Assembly: GCF_038025025.1 (NCBI RefSeq)
Contig: NW_027117355.1
Location: forward strand, 1-64,000
Source of the DNA: Phyllosticta citribraziliensis
Lineage: Eukaryota
Direction: 5' to 3'
Length of the DNA stretch: 64,000 bases
The first letter of the stretch is position 1. Each line of letters opens with the position of its first letter. This document shows, piece after piece, positions 36,419 through 49,922 of this stretch. Made by a program: the position numbers and the translations under genes. The notes beneath the pieces were generated by a model that saw only the letters and a program-made list of their open reading frames with translations, was not told where the DNA came from and searched no databases.

Positions 36419-37830
36419 ATGTCTCAACTGATGGCCCAGCCCCGGCTGGTCTTCTCTGCCGCCATCATCCTGCGAGCTGCGCTTCTGGTTTACGGCCTCT
36501 TCCAGGATGCCTACTCCCCCATGAAGTACACCGACATTGACTACTTTGTCTTCACCGATGCAACTCGTTTCGTCGCCCAGGGAAGCTCGCCTTACCGGAG
36601 AGACACGTACCGATACACGCCGTTGTTGGCCTGGCTCATTTATCCAACCACCTGGCCGCAGTTCTTCTCTTTCGGCAAGGCCCTGTTTGCCCTGGGCGAC
36701 ATCATCGCCGGCTATCTCATTTTCGAGACGCTCCGATCAACCTCCAACATGTCTACTGAAAGAGCGCTCAAGTTTGCAAGCATCTGGCTCCTGAACCCAA
36801 TGGTGGCCCAGATCAGCACCAGGGGCAGTTCAGAAGGTTTGCTTGGCGTCATTGTCACCGCTTTGCTATGGGCCGTCACGCAGAAACGAATCGTTCTTGC
36901 TGGCTTGCTCCTCGGTTTTGCAGTCCATTTCAAAATCTATCCGTTCATCTATGCTGCTTCCATTGTTTGGTGGCTCGACCAGGACAATGTCGCCCCTGGT
37001 GCACCGACCAAGAAGAACTCGTCTGTATGCCAAAGAGTAGCAGCCTTCTTCAACGGCGCTCGCCTGACCCTCGCCCTTGTGAGCCTGGTGACATTTCTGG
37101 CCTTGAACGCTGTCATGTACTCGACGTATGTATTTCTTATCGCCTTTTCAGACTCTTCTGACCAGATTGCAGCTACGGGTGGCCATTTCTTGAGCACACT
37201 TACTTCTACCATCTCATCAGACTTGATCATCGTCACAACTTCTCCCCGTACAACATCCTACTGTACTTGAACTCGTCTCCAGTCGGAAGCTCCACGCTCA
37301 AGCTCGAATCCTTTGCTTTTGTTCCCCAAATTTTATTCAGCACCATTGCGATACCCATGGCTTTGGCCAAAAAAGACCTTGCTTCGACCATGCTCGCTCA
37401 AACCTTTGCGTTTGTGACGTTCAACAAAGTCTGCACAAGCCAAGTCCGTTCATCCTTTTCCTTGAATTGATCGACCACTGATGTCCGTCTAGTACTTCCT
37501 GTGGTACCTTGTGTTTCTGCCGTTCTATCTTCCTCGCTCTTCGCTGCTAAAGAAGCCGAGAAAGGGCATAGCGGCGCTCTTGCTTTGGATTCTTGGCCAA
37601 GTAAGCGCAAAATACCCCAGCAGTGACCGAGTACTGACTCGAAACAGGCGCTCTGGCTTCAACAAGGCTACGAACTGGAGTTTCTCGGTCGTTCAACCTT
37701 TGCCCGCGGACTATGGTCCTCCAGCGTCGTCTTTTTCCTCATCAATGCTTGGATCCTCGGTGTCATCATTTCTGATGTTGGGAATGCCAGGCCCGATCAA
37801 ATCTTTGCTCCGGTGAAGAAGACCATGTAA
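36419..37830 (+). CDS. GPI14: GPI mannosyltransferase 1 (PIG-M)
   Basis: [70 protein letters not shown]. Confidence 0.95.
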
Positions 37831-38580
37831 TCAATCTGAAGTATCTTTCCCATTCCACGACTTTTTCACGCCCTGGACTCGTTTCCGCTTTCGTGCGACA
37901 AATTCTGGAGAAGCCGTGAACGGGTCCTATATTGGGTCAGCGAGAGTCAAGTCCAGGTAACGAGGCTCGGCCGCAAAAGTCGTGGCACAGACAACCCTGA
38001 GGTCTTGTGACTTGATGCTCGGGTGCTCGAATGCTCCTTATGGCCGCATTTCATCGACATTGGAATGCTCCTAAGAGAAACGTGGTGTTCTCAGTCACTT
38101 CGAGACGGAAGTGTCCATGGAGTTCATGCCGCAGAATTGGGGCCGCCAACTTTACCTCCTTGGTGAGTGTCTTCCTTCCGCTCTTCGGACCTTGAGCTGA
38201 TGTTTGTATAAGCTTTGATCCCGGTCCCGCATCTCGGTCTTTATGCCAACTCGAGGGCTCGGGTCCGAAATTCATAAGTCCGAGCACGCCAGCTGCTTAA
38301 GCCCGCTGCGACCATCGTGCATAAACACCGACTCTAGGCAGCAGAAACACCAGAAGATGCGTTGACGCTATTCAATTTGGGTTTGGTGACTCCTGCTCGA
38401 CGTCTCTGACATCAGAAGGACGATGCAATCGCCGAGGGCGAAGAGGACAGGCAGCTGGATTCATGTCCGAGTTTTGGGATATACAAGGGAGCTTCGAGCT
38501 CGAGAATTTCATTAACAGCTTCATCCACAGTCAATCAAATCCTCCTTTGAACACTCTTCGCTGCAAAGCAAAACGTCGAC

Positions 38581-39309
38581 ATGTCTCCAAAGCGCACCCA
38601 ATTCGGCCCCGGCGAAGGCCTCGACCCAACCTGGATCAACGTCGACGCCTACACATTCGGCCACCTACACCCAGACAGCCGTCCCAACAGCGCAGCGCTG
38701 GAGCAGACGCTCAAGCAATCGCACCGGGAAGGGCTCCCACCGATCCACTCGTCGCGGCCGCTGGGCAAATTTCTGGCGCTGCAGTGCCGCATCGGCGGCG
38801 TCAAGCACGCGCTCGACGTGGGCACGCTCGGCGGCTACAGCGCCATCTGGATGGCGACGGAGAACCCGGGCCTGCGCGTCACCAGCCTCGAGTTCAGCCC
38901 CAAGCACGCGGCCGTGGCGCGCCGGAACATCGAAGCGGCGGGCGTCGCGGACCGCGTCGATGTGCGCGTCGGGCCCGCCGTCGACACGCTGCCGGCCATC
39001 GAGCGTGAGATTGACGAGGGAAAGCTTGACAAGGTCGGCTTCACGTTCATCGACGCCGACAAGCTCAACAACTACACGTACGCCGACTGGGCGGTGCGCC
39101 TGGGGTACCCGGGGGCCAGCATCGTCGTCGACAACGTGGTGCACCACGGCGAAGTGCTGGACGAGGAGTTGGCGCGCGGGTGGGAGCACGTTGGCGGCGC
39201 GAGGGACGTCATTGAGAGGATTGGCAAGGATGACCGCGTTGAGGCGGTTGTGTTGCAGGTTGTTGGGGAGAGGAGCTACGACGGGTTCTTGATGGCCGTG
39301 GTCAAATGA
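38581..39309 (+). CDS. O-methyltransferase family 3 (caffeoyl-CoA OMT-like)
   Basis: LDVGTLGGYSAIW, FIDADK, VVDNVV, SYDGFLMA. Confidence 0.92.
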   Translation: MSPKRTQFGPGEGLDPTWINVDAYTFGHLHPDSRPNSAALEQTLKQSHREGLPPIHSSRPLGKFLALQCRIGGVKHALDVGTLGGYSAIWMATENPGLRVTSLEFSPKHAAVARRNIEAAGVADRVDVRVGPAVDTLPAIEREIDEGKLDKVGFTFIDADKLNNYTYADWAVRLGYPGASIVVDNVVHHGEVLDEELARGWEHVGGARDVIERIGKDDRVEAVVLQVVGERSYDGFLMAVVK

Positions 39310-39530
39310 GGGACTGGGATCCATGGATGAGGTCGTTGGGGTTTGTCATGGGGACCACGGGGACCACGGCACAATTTGTATGGAAAGCCGAGGTATGAAC
39401 GCTCCTTGGACGCTCCTTATGGGATAAAGATCAAAATCAAGTTTATTCTTGTGGTCATGAAGGCTATCGATGAGAGTGACGATACGTACAGTCCTAGGGC
39501 TCTAGAACCAACGCTCGAATGCTCCCGGTA

Positions 39531-40945
39531 CTATACTCTCATCAATGCTGCGATACCCCTGAGTACTCTGACGTGAAGAACCGACCAACGACGACTACGA
39601 CTTATGCAGCAGGCGCTGCAGGGCGGCAGTGTGAAGCCTCCCGGACAGTCGTCCAAACACGAGGCGCATTGCAGACACTGCCGGCAAGACGAGCAGCGGA
39701 ACCTGCAGCGACAAGCCGCGCAATTCACACACTTCCAAGTCGTCAGGGCGTTTGTGAACAGCGACAACCACACTGTCTCATTCAGCTGGACGCCCGCCTG
39801 TGGCGCGTTGAGGATGTCTTCAGGCAGGGTCAAAATCGACGACATCACGCGGCCGGTGCGGTCCTCCCTCCATGTTCGCCGCGCCCTCTGCACCCACGGA
39901 TCGTAGCAGTTGTGCAGCCGCTGCAGGCACTGGCGGACTGGGATGTGGAGGATGGCACTGACGAAGAACATGACGCAAAAGTCTTGATACGTTCGGATCT
40001 GCCCGATGGTAATTATCCAGGCAGGCAGGGGGCCGGAGCTGCCCGTCAACGAAAGGCCCAGGGGCCCAAGCGCGTGCGCGTGAGCTGCCAACCGCGTAAT
40101 CGCCATCGAGACGCCGTATAACAAGGCGAAGGTGCGGTTGCGGCAGCGGGCGCACTGGCCTTGCGGGACGACGATGCGCCAGCAGTATCGCAGGAATTGG
40201 CCGGTGAAGCGGATGTTGATGGCGGTGGTGTATCCGGTGGCCACAATGACGAACCAAGGGAGGGTGATGTGGATGAAGACGAGGAGCTTCGCCGTCATGC
40301 GGACGGCGAACCAGACGATGCGGAAGGGCAGGCACAGCATGGTCTCGATAGCGGCGAGCCTCTGTCGCCGCCGGTTGAGCAGCCGTTGGGAGCGTTCGCG
40401 CGTCGTTTCGTGGTGCGTCAGTTTGCGGATCCCTTTCAGAATCATGTATCCGACGGCGAGGGACCTGGCGACGGGGAGTCAGTGTTTTTGCAGATGATGA
40501 CGATGCCTTGAGAGCTCACTTACAGCACGAACACCTGGATGGCAACCAAACAGTCCACATGAGATTTGAACTGCCTGTAGTAAACAGTGTCGCGGAAGAC
40601 AGTGCCATTCATCATGACAGGAGTTGTGGGCGTCTCAATCACCGGCGGAGGGTCGATGGTCAGCCTCTTAGGGGGCTGCGGCACAGGCTCTGGGAAGGTT
40701 GTTTTCGCCATTTGCTGCTCGTAAAGGGCGTTCTGGTAGTCAAAATCGACATTTTTCTTTACAAACAGGCGTGCCGTATCCAATACCGAAGGAGGTTCGA
40801 TGAGTGGATCCGTTACGCGCCGGTATGTGACGGGCGGCGTGGGTTTTGGGGGTGGTGGCGCGGGCCTCGCGGCTCCCTGCGCGGGACTCTCGAATGCGAC
40901 CATTGTCGTCTTTATGGCTGCGGGTCGACATTTTTGTGGTGGCAT
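39531..40945 (-). CDS. Hypothetical membrane protein with Cys-rich C-terminus
   Basis: ORF 40520-40987 splices in frame (GTAAGT..CTGAC..CAG) to ORF 39531-40445; hydrophobic segments; repeated CxxC near the C-terminus. Confidence 0.6.
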
Positions 40946-41084
40946 TTTTGTGGTCGATGGAATAGGGGAAGGTTTTAATGTTTGCACAAAGGTTTGACAA
41001 TGGCGTTTTGGGGATGAAGATGGAATGGGAAAATTGGAGAAAGACGAGGCTTAAAAGCATTTCGGCGGCAGGTATGCTGCCCTT

Positions 41085-41270
41085 TTCAGTCAAAACTGTA
41101 ATGAGCTAATTTACCGTGCCAGATATCCATTGTTGGTGTTGAAGTGATGAGCGAACCTCTTCAGTCAAAACCGTGATGGGCTAGTTTATCGTGCCAGAAA
41201 CTGGTCGTTGTTGGGGAAGTCGCGTGCAGACTCCTTCAGTCAAAACTTTGATGGTAGGATTAGTATCCGA
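41085..41270 (+). repeat. Degenerate 75-bp tandem repeat (~2.5 copies)
   Basis: TTCAGTCAAAAC at 41085, 41160, 41235 (period exactly 75); copies 1 and 2 also share GCTA.TTTA.CGTGCCAGA. Confidence 0.8.
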
Positions 41271-43884
41271 CGGGAACAGAATGCTCCTCCTCTTCATGGT
41301 TGCAACTAAAATTCGAAAATCTCGATGGTTACCTAGAATTGAGCTATTTGCAGAGCTTTTTGCACATGGCGCCTCATTTGACGAAATTCGGAGAACTGGG
41401 CGAGGCCTCCATCTTCTGCTCACCCGTTTCCCACGTCAGGAGGAACGGCCTATAAGTAGACGTTGAATCGGAGTTCTTCGCGCATCCTCTACACTTGGTC
41501 AAAGTTGATTACCAAATGTACTTTTTTGCTTCTTTATTTCTCCTCCTTTTTTTTTGGATCCTAGACCTTAGTCTGTTTCAAATACTTGTGATTCAGATCC
41601 TATTAATGTAGAATCAATCCTTTGTGTCTAACCGATTCTCGTATGTGATATGACATCTAAGGTAGTGTCAGTTTGTCTCCAAAACGAGGGGCTGGCGTGT
41701 TGTTGGGAGTTGAGGACCCCAAGCGGCACAGTATTACAGCACGGAAACAAGAGAAAAAGAAATGGAGGATTGGATATTGTCTCACCGAGAAGAAAGCAAG
41801 GAAAGACCAAGAGTGGTCTCTAACCTTCTTATCCTCCTTCTCATTTTCCTCTCTGCTCCCATGATTTCTGGCGTTCAACACCATGGCCCATGATGCGCCG
41901 CCTTTTCTGATGCGCTGTCATTCGTGAACTAGAGCCCCCCACAACCTGTGGACGACCTTGTGCAAGGCTATTGCGCCACCTTCCGCTGAGTCAGACCCCC
42001 CTTCGACTCCGCCCGATTGTAGACGGCCTTCAGGCTACAATCTCCTCCGCCAAGCATGATCATTGCCAGTTGGTTGATGGGGCTGCTAGGTTGGCAAGTC
42101 AAAGAGTCGCGCAAAGGGCCTCAGGTGACGCTGAAAGTGGAGGCGCTGGTGAGTGGGCGCATTCGGAGGGCGAATCGGGCGTGATCTTGGGCGTGGATGG
42201 ATCGCTGGGTTGGAGATTTGGAAGGGCGCACATGAGGAATGAAGTGACATGGAAGGAGAGGTGTTGGTGGGCAAAGTTGACGGGGGGTGGTGAATGTCGG
42301 TCGAGGGCGAGTCCGGCGTAATGTTGGACGCGAACGAACTGCTTAGTTGGAGAGCCACAAACATTTCGCAGAGCAAAGGAAGGTAGCACAGTGGGTGTCG
42401 AAATAAACGAGGCTCTTTGCTTCTGGCTGTGGCAATGAGTGACTGCTCCCTTGGCGCAGCTGTAGTGGTGAATAAATGCTCCTAAGGCGTAACCATGGCA
42501 GCGAATGAATGCTTCCTAAGTGCGCTCGTGCTGGAAGAGTCTCTCATGCCTCTCTACACATACTATGGCAGGAATTCCGATCTGGTCGTGTCGCGTGCCG
42601 CTGTCAGCACCCGTGATAGGCAGAATGTATAGCTGACGGGGTGAAGGTCGAAATGAGACCTGAGCAAGGTCAAAACAGCAGAAATTCTAGTATCAGAATG
42701 CTGTTTATCCAGATGATGACCATATGAAGTCCAGAGCTCGTGGTACAGAACGTGGTAGGCTGGTGGTTTGCTGGGTCTCCAGCTACTTACATACTGAGCT
42801 ACCCAGTGCGTCGCCTACTTAGCATGTCTTGCAGACACGTCGTCCAGCATGTCTAGATTACGCCGAGTAATGTCGACGCGAGTTTATTTCGTTCGTTATC
42901 GCCGGAACGGCGGACAACTTGCTCGGCTCCTTCAGAAAATTTGAAATTAGTACATGCCCCCAGGACGGAGTCTCGATTCTAGCCGTCAAGGTTCCCGTCT
43001 TGGTCGGATTGAGCAGCCATCCTGGGACAGATCTTTGAGCGGGGAGTAGTGTACCCGACTGCAGCGCCTCGACCTCCTGACAACAAACGATATCCGTCTT
43101 TTCACATTCGCAATTTCTCCCGGCCCATCAAAACCATGTATCGAGCAGAGCAGGACGACTGCGGAGGGTGCCTGCTGGGCCCATCATGGTGGCTGAATGG
43201 GGCTTTTGCGTAAAAGATCAAGGTTCGATTGGGGCAGCGGTGACTGACTCCTTGCTCCGTCCCGGATACGGCAAGACCCGAACAAACGAAGAAAGAAAGA
43301 AAAGAAAAAAAGAGACAGGGAGCAAGCAGGCCCGAGACGGAGGTCAAGGAGGACTCGTACCTCGTACACTGGTGCTGTCGGTCAGGTGTGTGTGCACTGG
43401 GGACCTTTCGACGTGAGAAAGCCACTGCCGCACCGCGGCCAGCCAGGGAGGGAGCGTTCTCACCTAATTACCTACTGTACCAGCTCTGCGGTACAGTCAG
43501 TACAACCACATGACCACTGCCGCGCTCAAAGACAGTGCGTGGTTCCACCCACGCCCTCATCTCTCTCGCCCCGTTCCCCAAAGAGCGGTTTGCAACCGTT
43601 TCCAAACCTACCCGATGCAGGCATATGGAACGCCTTGATGCGCCACGAGCGCAGCGCAGTGCGGGACGCCCGTCGATCCATCTGCGCAATCGACCAAAGC
43701 TCCGAAGGGGAACAGAGGAACAAAAGAAAGGTGCACAGTGTTTGAACTAGCCGGAGACAGCCAAGAGCGAGGTCCAATAGGAGACGGAGAAATACCTACC
43801 TGTGCTTGCTGTGTCGTATACGTATACACAGCGCTGCTGCAGACGGGGGGAGAGTCCATCACAGACGGCAACTTCCTCTACCCC

Positions 43885-46596
43885 TCAACTTGCCCCACCA
43901 CCATCGCTATATGCCGTGACGGTTCCATCATCACCCCGTCCTCTCATGTTTTCGCGCTGCAAAAGCAACGCCGAACACTCCACGCTCTGCCGACGACACG
44001 AATCACCAACGCCGCCCTCCATCTCCCGCCGCCGCACCATCGCCTCGTCGTCGTCGTCGCCGTTCATCTCCATCAGACCCACCGGAGTCTCCCATCTCGA
44101 CCTTGGGATCGCATCGGCCATCATCATCGCGTCGTCCATGGGATCGAAGGGCTGGCAGAAGCAGACGCGCATCAGCCATCCCAGATTGGCTCCCCACGTC
44201 GATTGCTTCTCGAAGCCGTCGCCATCGCCGCTGCTGCCCTTTTTGCAGGAGATGCGGTGGAGACTATGACGCTTCGTGTCGACGACACCGTGCTTGACTC
44301 GTCGCTGTGCCGCTCCAGGCGGTGCGAGCTCGTACTGGGATGGAAAAGAAGAACGCCTGGCCGGTGCGCCCTCCATATTCCGCACGTGCGGACTGTTTGC
44401 AGTGGGCAGAGGACTCTGTACGGACGGCCTGCTCAGGACACCTTCACCGCTTCCACCCGAAGCGGTCCGATTGCGACTGCGCTGCTCGCGGCAGCGGCAG
44501 GCGTGTACAGGGCGTGCCATCGTGCTGGAGATTGACCCCAGAGAAGAGATGGACACAGGACGCGGCAGGGGTCGCTGGCGGCTCGAAATCCCATTTGAAA
44601 CGGCGATTGGAATGAGAGCGGGGAGCGCAGCGGAGCGGATAACGTGCGTGGCCCGAGTCTCCACTGGACATGGTTTTTCTGCACGTGGGTTCAAGGGTCG
44701 AAGTGGCACAGCACGCGGGAGATTTGAGGGGGTTGCTGGGGGTGGTGTAGATCGGGGAAACAGGGAACATCTAGGGGTATTTGGAAGAACTGACAATGCT
44801 TCTTGGGAATTGGTTTCGCCAGTTACGGGCTCCGATGGACATTCCGCGGCATCGGTGGAGCTGCCAGCGGCTCTGCGAGTGGGACGAGGTGGAGGAGATG
44901 GAAAGAAACCGGGAGGCGGATCTGAGCTACTGAAAGCTCCGGGCCTGGGTCTGTTGGTCACAGTGGGACTGGCTGAGACGATGCGGTGGCCCTCGCTGCA
45001 ACAAGCTTCGAAGGATCCCAGACCGTCATCTTCCAATTGGCAGCCTGGAAGGTCGACGACGGTGCGACCAGAGTTGGTTGCGACGTTGGCAGTTGAATGC
45101 AAGTGACTGGACATGTCGGTAGAGCACCCGCTTACCATGCATGAGACACGGTCGTATGGTGAGTCTGGTACTCTTGGGTCGAGATCCCGTCTGGAATGCG
45201 GCGGAGAGGTGAACAAGGGCTCAGGTATGAGCGAGTGGATACAGGGACGCCGGCCCGATCCGGATGACCCTTGCGATGTAAGTTCCCTTGGAGTGGAGGT
45301 CTGTCTGGAGGCCTGAAGGCTTGGTAGTGCGACGTCTGGCTGAGGAGACGGAGGGGGTGCGAGTGGCTGCCCGCCATGCCGATGCTGCACGCGATCCTTC
45401 TGCGTGCCCTGCTGCTGTGCCTGCGCCTCTCCGCTGCTCGGCTGCCTGTCCGTCTGTGGATCACGAGGTGGACTTGTCTCAAAGCTCGTCTCAGCAGGGT
45501 AGCCAACGCCGGTTGCACTACCCCTTGGTGCCCCAGCAAGTCCGGTGCTGCCATGGCCGCTGCGTGGCGGGGCCCAGTAGGCTCTCCCAGCTCGGTGAGG
45601 ATGGTTCGTGCGGCCTCGTCGTCCATGGCGGTCTAGCTGCGTTCCATAATCATCTACTTTGGTCGCAAGTCGCTAGTTAGCTCACAATCAAGCCAAGATT
45701 GTGCTCACTCGAGCTGAGCGGGCAATGGACCAACCTCGGGGTCCGCGAAAGAAGTCTCGAAGAGCGTTTCCCACGCTCCTGGCACGAGAGACCCTTTGCC
45801 TAGGCGCGTCTGAATTTCTGGACAAAGTAGGCAGATCACCCGGCCAGCGGGGCACGCCACATGGCGTGGAGGTGCGCTTGAGCGGAGCATGGATCGGAGA
45901 GACTGGCCTAGTAGGGTCATTGACGTCATTGACGCACTCTGAAGCTGGCGTATCCTTTGAGTGCGAGGGTATTTGCGCGTCAATGATTTGGTGGAGTTCT
46001 CGAAGGGTTGCTTCATCCACAGTCATGGACACAAGCCGGCGGTTGGGCGGCCCCTGCAACGCCATTTTATCCGAGACATTTGCCTGGTCGGTCCGCTTGG
46101 GCACGCTCGCCCTCGACGTTGCCAGGAGGGATTTCTTGGAGCGCAGCGTGGCGAGCGACTTCTGCTCAATGATCGTCGTCAACGGTGTAGCATGTGGTCT
46201 GTTGACAAATCGGACCGCAATCCCCGGAGGATCTTTAGGCTCTTTTAGTACAGGTCGTATTCGCACGAGCTCAACATGCGGCTCCAACGTACTTGGAGTG
46301 CCAGAGCGCGGTCGCTGCTCGTCAGCCCAGCTCCTGGATTGCGACTTGCTTCTTCCCTTGGCCCTCTTCCGGGCTGGCTGGCCGCCATGGTCGAATCCCA
46401 GGATAGCGTTCCTTGCGTCGCAAATTGAACTGTTCTCACTAGGAGTTTCTTCTGATGAGTCTAGGTGCGGGAATAAGTGTCTCTTGGAGGGCGTAACGGC
46501 TGTCGAATCAGCAGGTGCGAGAGGTGCCGACGCTTCCAGAGCGTTGCTGCGGTCTGATAACGGTTGTACGAGTACGACTGAGGAAAATGCTGCCAT
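43885..46596 (-). CDS. Hypothetical low-complexity Ser/Pro/Arg-rich protein
   Basis: ORF 45688-46596 joins the open frame ending at 43885 via a predicted 36-nt intron 45673-45708; YWAPPRSGHG and WLMRVCFCQPFD islands. Confidence 0.6.
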
Positions 46597-49500
46597 GATG
46601 ATGTTCGGGGTGAAACTGATTCAGGCGTGCAAAGAAGCGGAAAAAGAAACGTCAAAGTTTCTAAACGAAGTTTCGGGCGTTGCCAGTTGTCTTGTCAGGA
46701 AGCGCGCCTGCCCTCCCACGGGCTGCTGCGCGGATGCATGGCGCCTGCCATGACACCTCGCTGAGGAAACATTCTTCGACGCGTAGGCGTTGTAGCAGGC
46801 GGGCAGCGACAGCAAGGCGGGTAGCGCGATCCAAGGCAAAACGTCCACCAAGCAATTGCTTTGTGTTGCGGCAGCGCCGCTGGTCCGGAGACAGGAGGTT
46901 CGTGACAATGCGGTGGAATATGCCGTCTTCTCCACAATTGGAGTCTGTTCCCAGGCGCGATAGCAACTGCGAAGCAGAAAAACAAAAGGCAGGCCGCGGA
47001 CGTCTCAAGGATTGAGGCCAGGACCGGCGCAAGGACTCGACACGGAAAACAGGACCGTCGTCGAAGCCCGTCACATCACACCAGGACTGAGGTCGAAAGC
47101 TCGTGGTTCGACTCGTTGGTGTGCGGCAGTGGACGCCAGTCGTATGACTGCCAGAGCCATGAGCTGAAAGACACGGGACAGGTTTGAAGCAAAAATTCAA
47201 GGTGAAGCTACCGATGACGAAGACCCAGGACGTTGCCGGTGGGGATCTCTGGGATCGGCGGCGATGCACGCGGCGACGGTCCGAGCGAGCGCATCCGCCC
47301 GCAGCTTGCATGTGGCAGGGCGCCGGCTTCCCCGGCGGCATGCTTCCCATTGCTTCGGGTCTACAGCCCAAGAGCATCAACACCGGCATGAGCTCCAGCA
47401 GTATTCGCAGCAAGTGCCTGCAGTCAGGGGAGGAAAGAAAATGACGGACGTCGTCGGCAGAATACCTGCTATACCGACAGCCAGGCACAATTACCGCCGG
47501 AACCCCTGACCCGATCCCCGTTGCAGCTGCATTCTAGAGACCCACGAGACTTTTCGTGAGGAGCCTGCTGCGACTTTTGGTAGATTCTTTTTGGCATTTC
47601 GACTTCGTTTGCACGATAACCAGTCCGAAGTACCGACTCCGACTATTGTGGGGGCGAAACGAGCAGATCTGTTTGATGGTTGCACGGCAGCGACTTGTAA
47701 CAGACGGTGGCCGGACCCAAGCAGCCGGTGCTCGTTGCTGGATTTGTGCCTCTCAAGTTGGACTGGACCCAAACGTGGCTGTGTTGGTGTCAGAAGCCTG
47801 GTGACCACACTCGTCGTCTACAACCTCCTCTGTAGCAACCGGTCAATGCCGGCCTGATTGGCCACGGGCGGTCGTCGACGTGTGTGCTGGTGAGGGGAGC
47901 GGCTCCTCGCAGCTAGGTGATTCAGGAGCCATCAAGTGCGCGGTGGGCGAGGCAAGCCGCTCCCAACCACCCCCGGATTGTGTGCTCCGGGCGGCTGATG
48001 GTGGATATTACCCCACGCACCCTCAAACAGCCCATGGACCGGCCGTAGGTCGTATACATCCTGCCTTTCGAGAAGCTCAAGGAGAAAGGGTTCGACATCT
48101 GGCCATCAACGTAATCATGCCGCGTGTACCCGCCGCTGCTATCGACAATCCTTGACGTAGTGGGAAACGGTAGGGGCCTTTGCTGAACCGTCTCGTGGAA
48201 GCCACGGACAGATTCTCAGCGTATTACGTCTATTGGGGAGTGCGCTGTTCTCATTTGGTCCAGTGCTGTGGAGTCGGGTCCAGATTCTCATCGAACACCC
48301 CGGCTGTGGACAGATGAAATATGCTTAATGAGGGTAAGACGCTGTCAGCGCCATGTGTCAGCGGGTGAAACACACAGCTGCTCGAACCGTTGTTTGCGAG
48401 CCAACGCCCGCGGCCCGCGCCTCTGGTTGAATATTGACCCAATTCCTTCTGAGCAAGACTGCCGACAGATCTTAGGGCACAGGCGGTGCTTTTAATTCAA
48501 TTGCCAAGGGAAAAACGGCCAACCGCGGCTCGTTCTGGACGATTGGTGCTGCGTCTGGTTCCGGGAGGGGGCATAACCAATGTGGCGCGGACAGCCACTT
48601 GCCGCGCTGGGCTCGAGACGAGGATGATCAAGGTGGCGTTTGCAGTCAATGATTCGTCGCTTCCGCGCTCTTGGAAAATGCAGACGTCTGCTCGCAGCAA
48701 CGACAAACGCAGGTCCCGACAGGCGACGAATGCGGTCCGGTGGAGAGAAGGTCTTGTTGCTGAGTATCCACCTGACCCCTGCGACACAATAATGCAAGAG
48801 TACCAGTCGGACGGTGAATGCACTGCCAAAAGGTGAAGCACATCGCACCATCAAGATTCGGAAAGAGATCGGCAGGTTGTGCCCCCCATTGATGTCCAAC
48901 TCTCCAGGGTGAACCATACCACGCGTTGGAGGATACGGAGCCATTTGGCCGCAATCCTACGCTCTACAGCACAATGACACTTCAGTCATGTTGCATGCAT
49001 AGGAGCACAAGCGCCTGGTCAGTCTCCCACACAGGATGTATCAAAACGGTCCCGCCCTACGCGCCTCGATGCGGGTCCGACAGGAGGGAGGCGGAGAGGA
49101 TCGAGTAGCCACACACAGCCACGTCTTGCAGCGCAGGAGGGCTGCAACTTGCGTTCCTCACGCCAGGTACTGATGCATCCGCAGACATGATCTGCACTTG
49201 CAGGTTGGGGCAGGCGTGTGGCAAGCGAGATGCCGAGAAGTGTCGTTGCAGCACCACCACGACGAACGAATCCTGCACCGATGCCTTGTCGCATCGAGTT
49301 TGTAAGCCACTGGGGTCCGGCCGGAAAAAAGAGTTGGAGAGATTGTGTGTGTATGTGCTCAATCTCGCAGCTAGATCCGCATTTCTTTCCACCCCTGCTG
49401 ATGGGGCACGGGTAGCAGCTCAGAGCCCGTGTATCCTGACCAAGCGCCACACCTATGCTCTTGAGAACGTTGTCACATCCCAACTTCGATGCCGCACGCC

Positions 49501-49922
49501 TTGCATGGAACCCTATCAGGCCACCTCGCAAGCTCCGGGCCTGACCGGCTCCTTGGGACCGACTTGTCGTCGACCCTTTTGGGCGGAGGCGCATCCATGT
49601 GTTTGGATCAGCTCGGATGATCGTCTATGCCGTGTTGAAAAAAAAGTCAACCAGCGGAGTCGGAACGTCCCTAAATCCAGGGCATCAGAGTCCCAAGATC
49701 TGCAATACGCGGTCGTGGCCAATATCTCGTGCTGCACCAGGCGCGGGTACAAGTAGAGAGCTGCGGTCGAGGTGGTAGAGGCACGCGTCGTGGATCACGC
49801 TTGCTTTCGGTTGTTCTGTTTGGACCTGTCCGTACTTTGTTCCTCCCCCGGAGCCAACCACGTCACATCGCCCGTCGTTTGCTCCTCTGCGCGCCAGACG
49901 ACCCCAGAGCTAGCCAGCTGAC

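Noticed and set aside
41085..41270. CRISPR-like repeat/spacer appearance of the 75-bp repeat
   Set aside because: Fungal context, no cas genes, degenerate repeats, and the 'spacers' partly resemble each other
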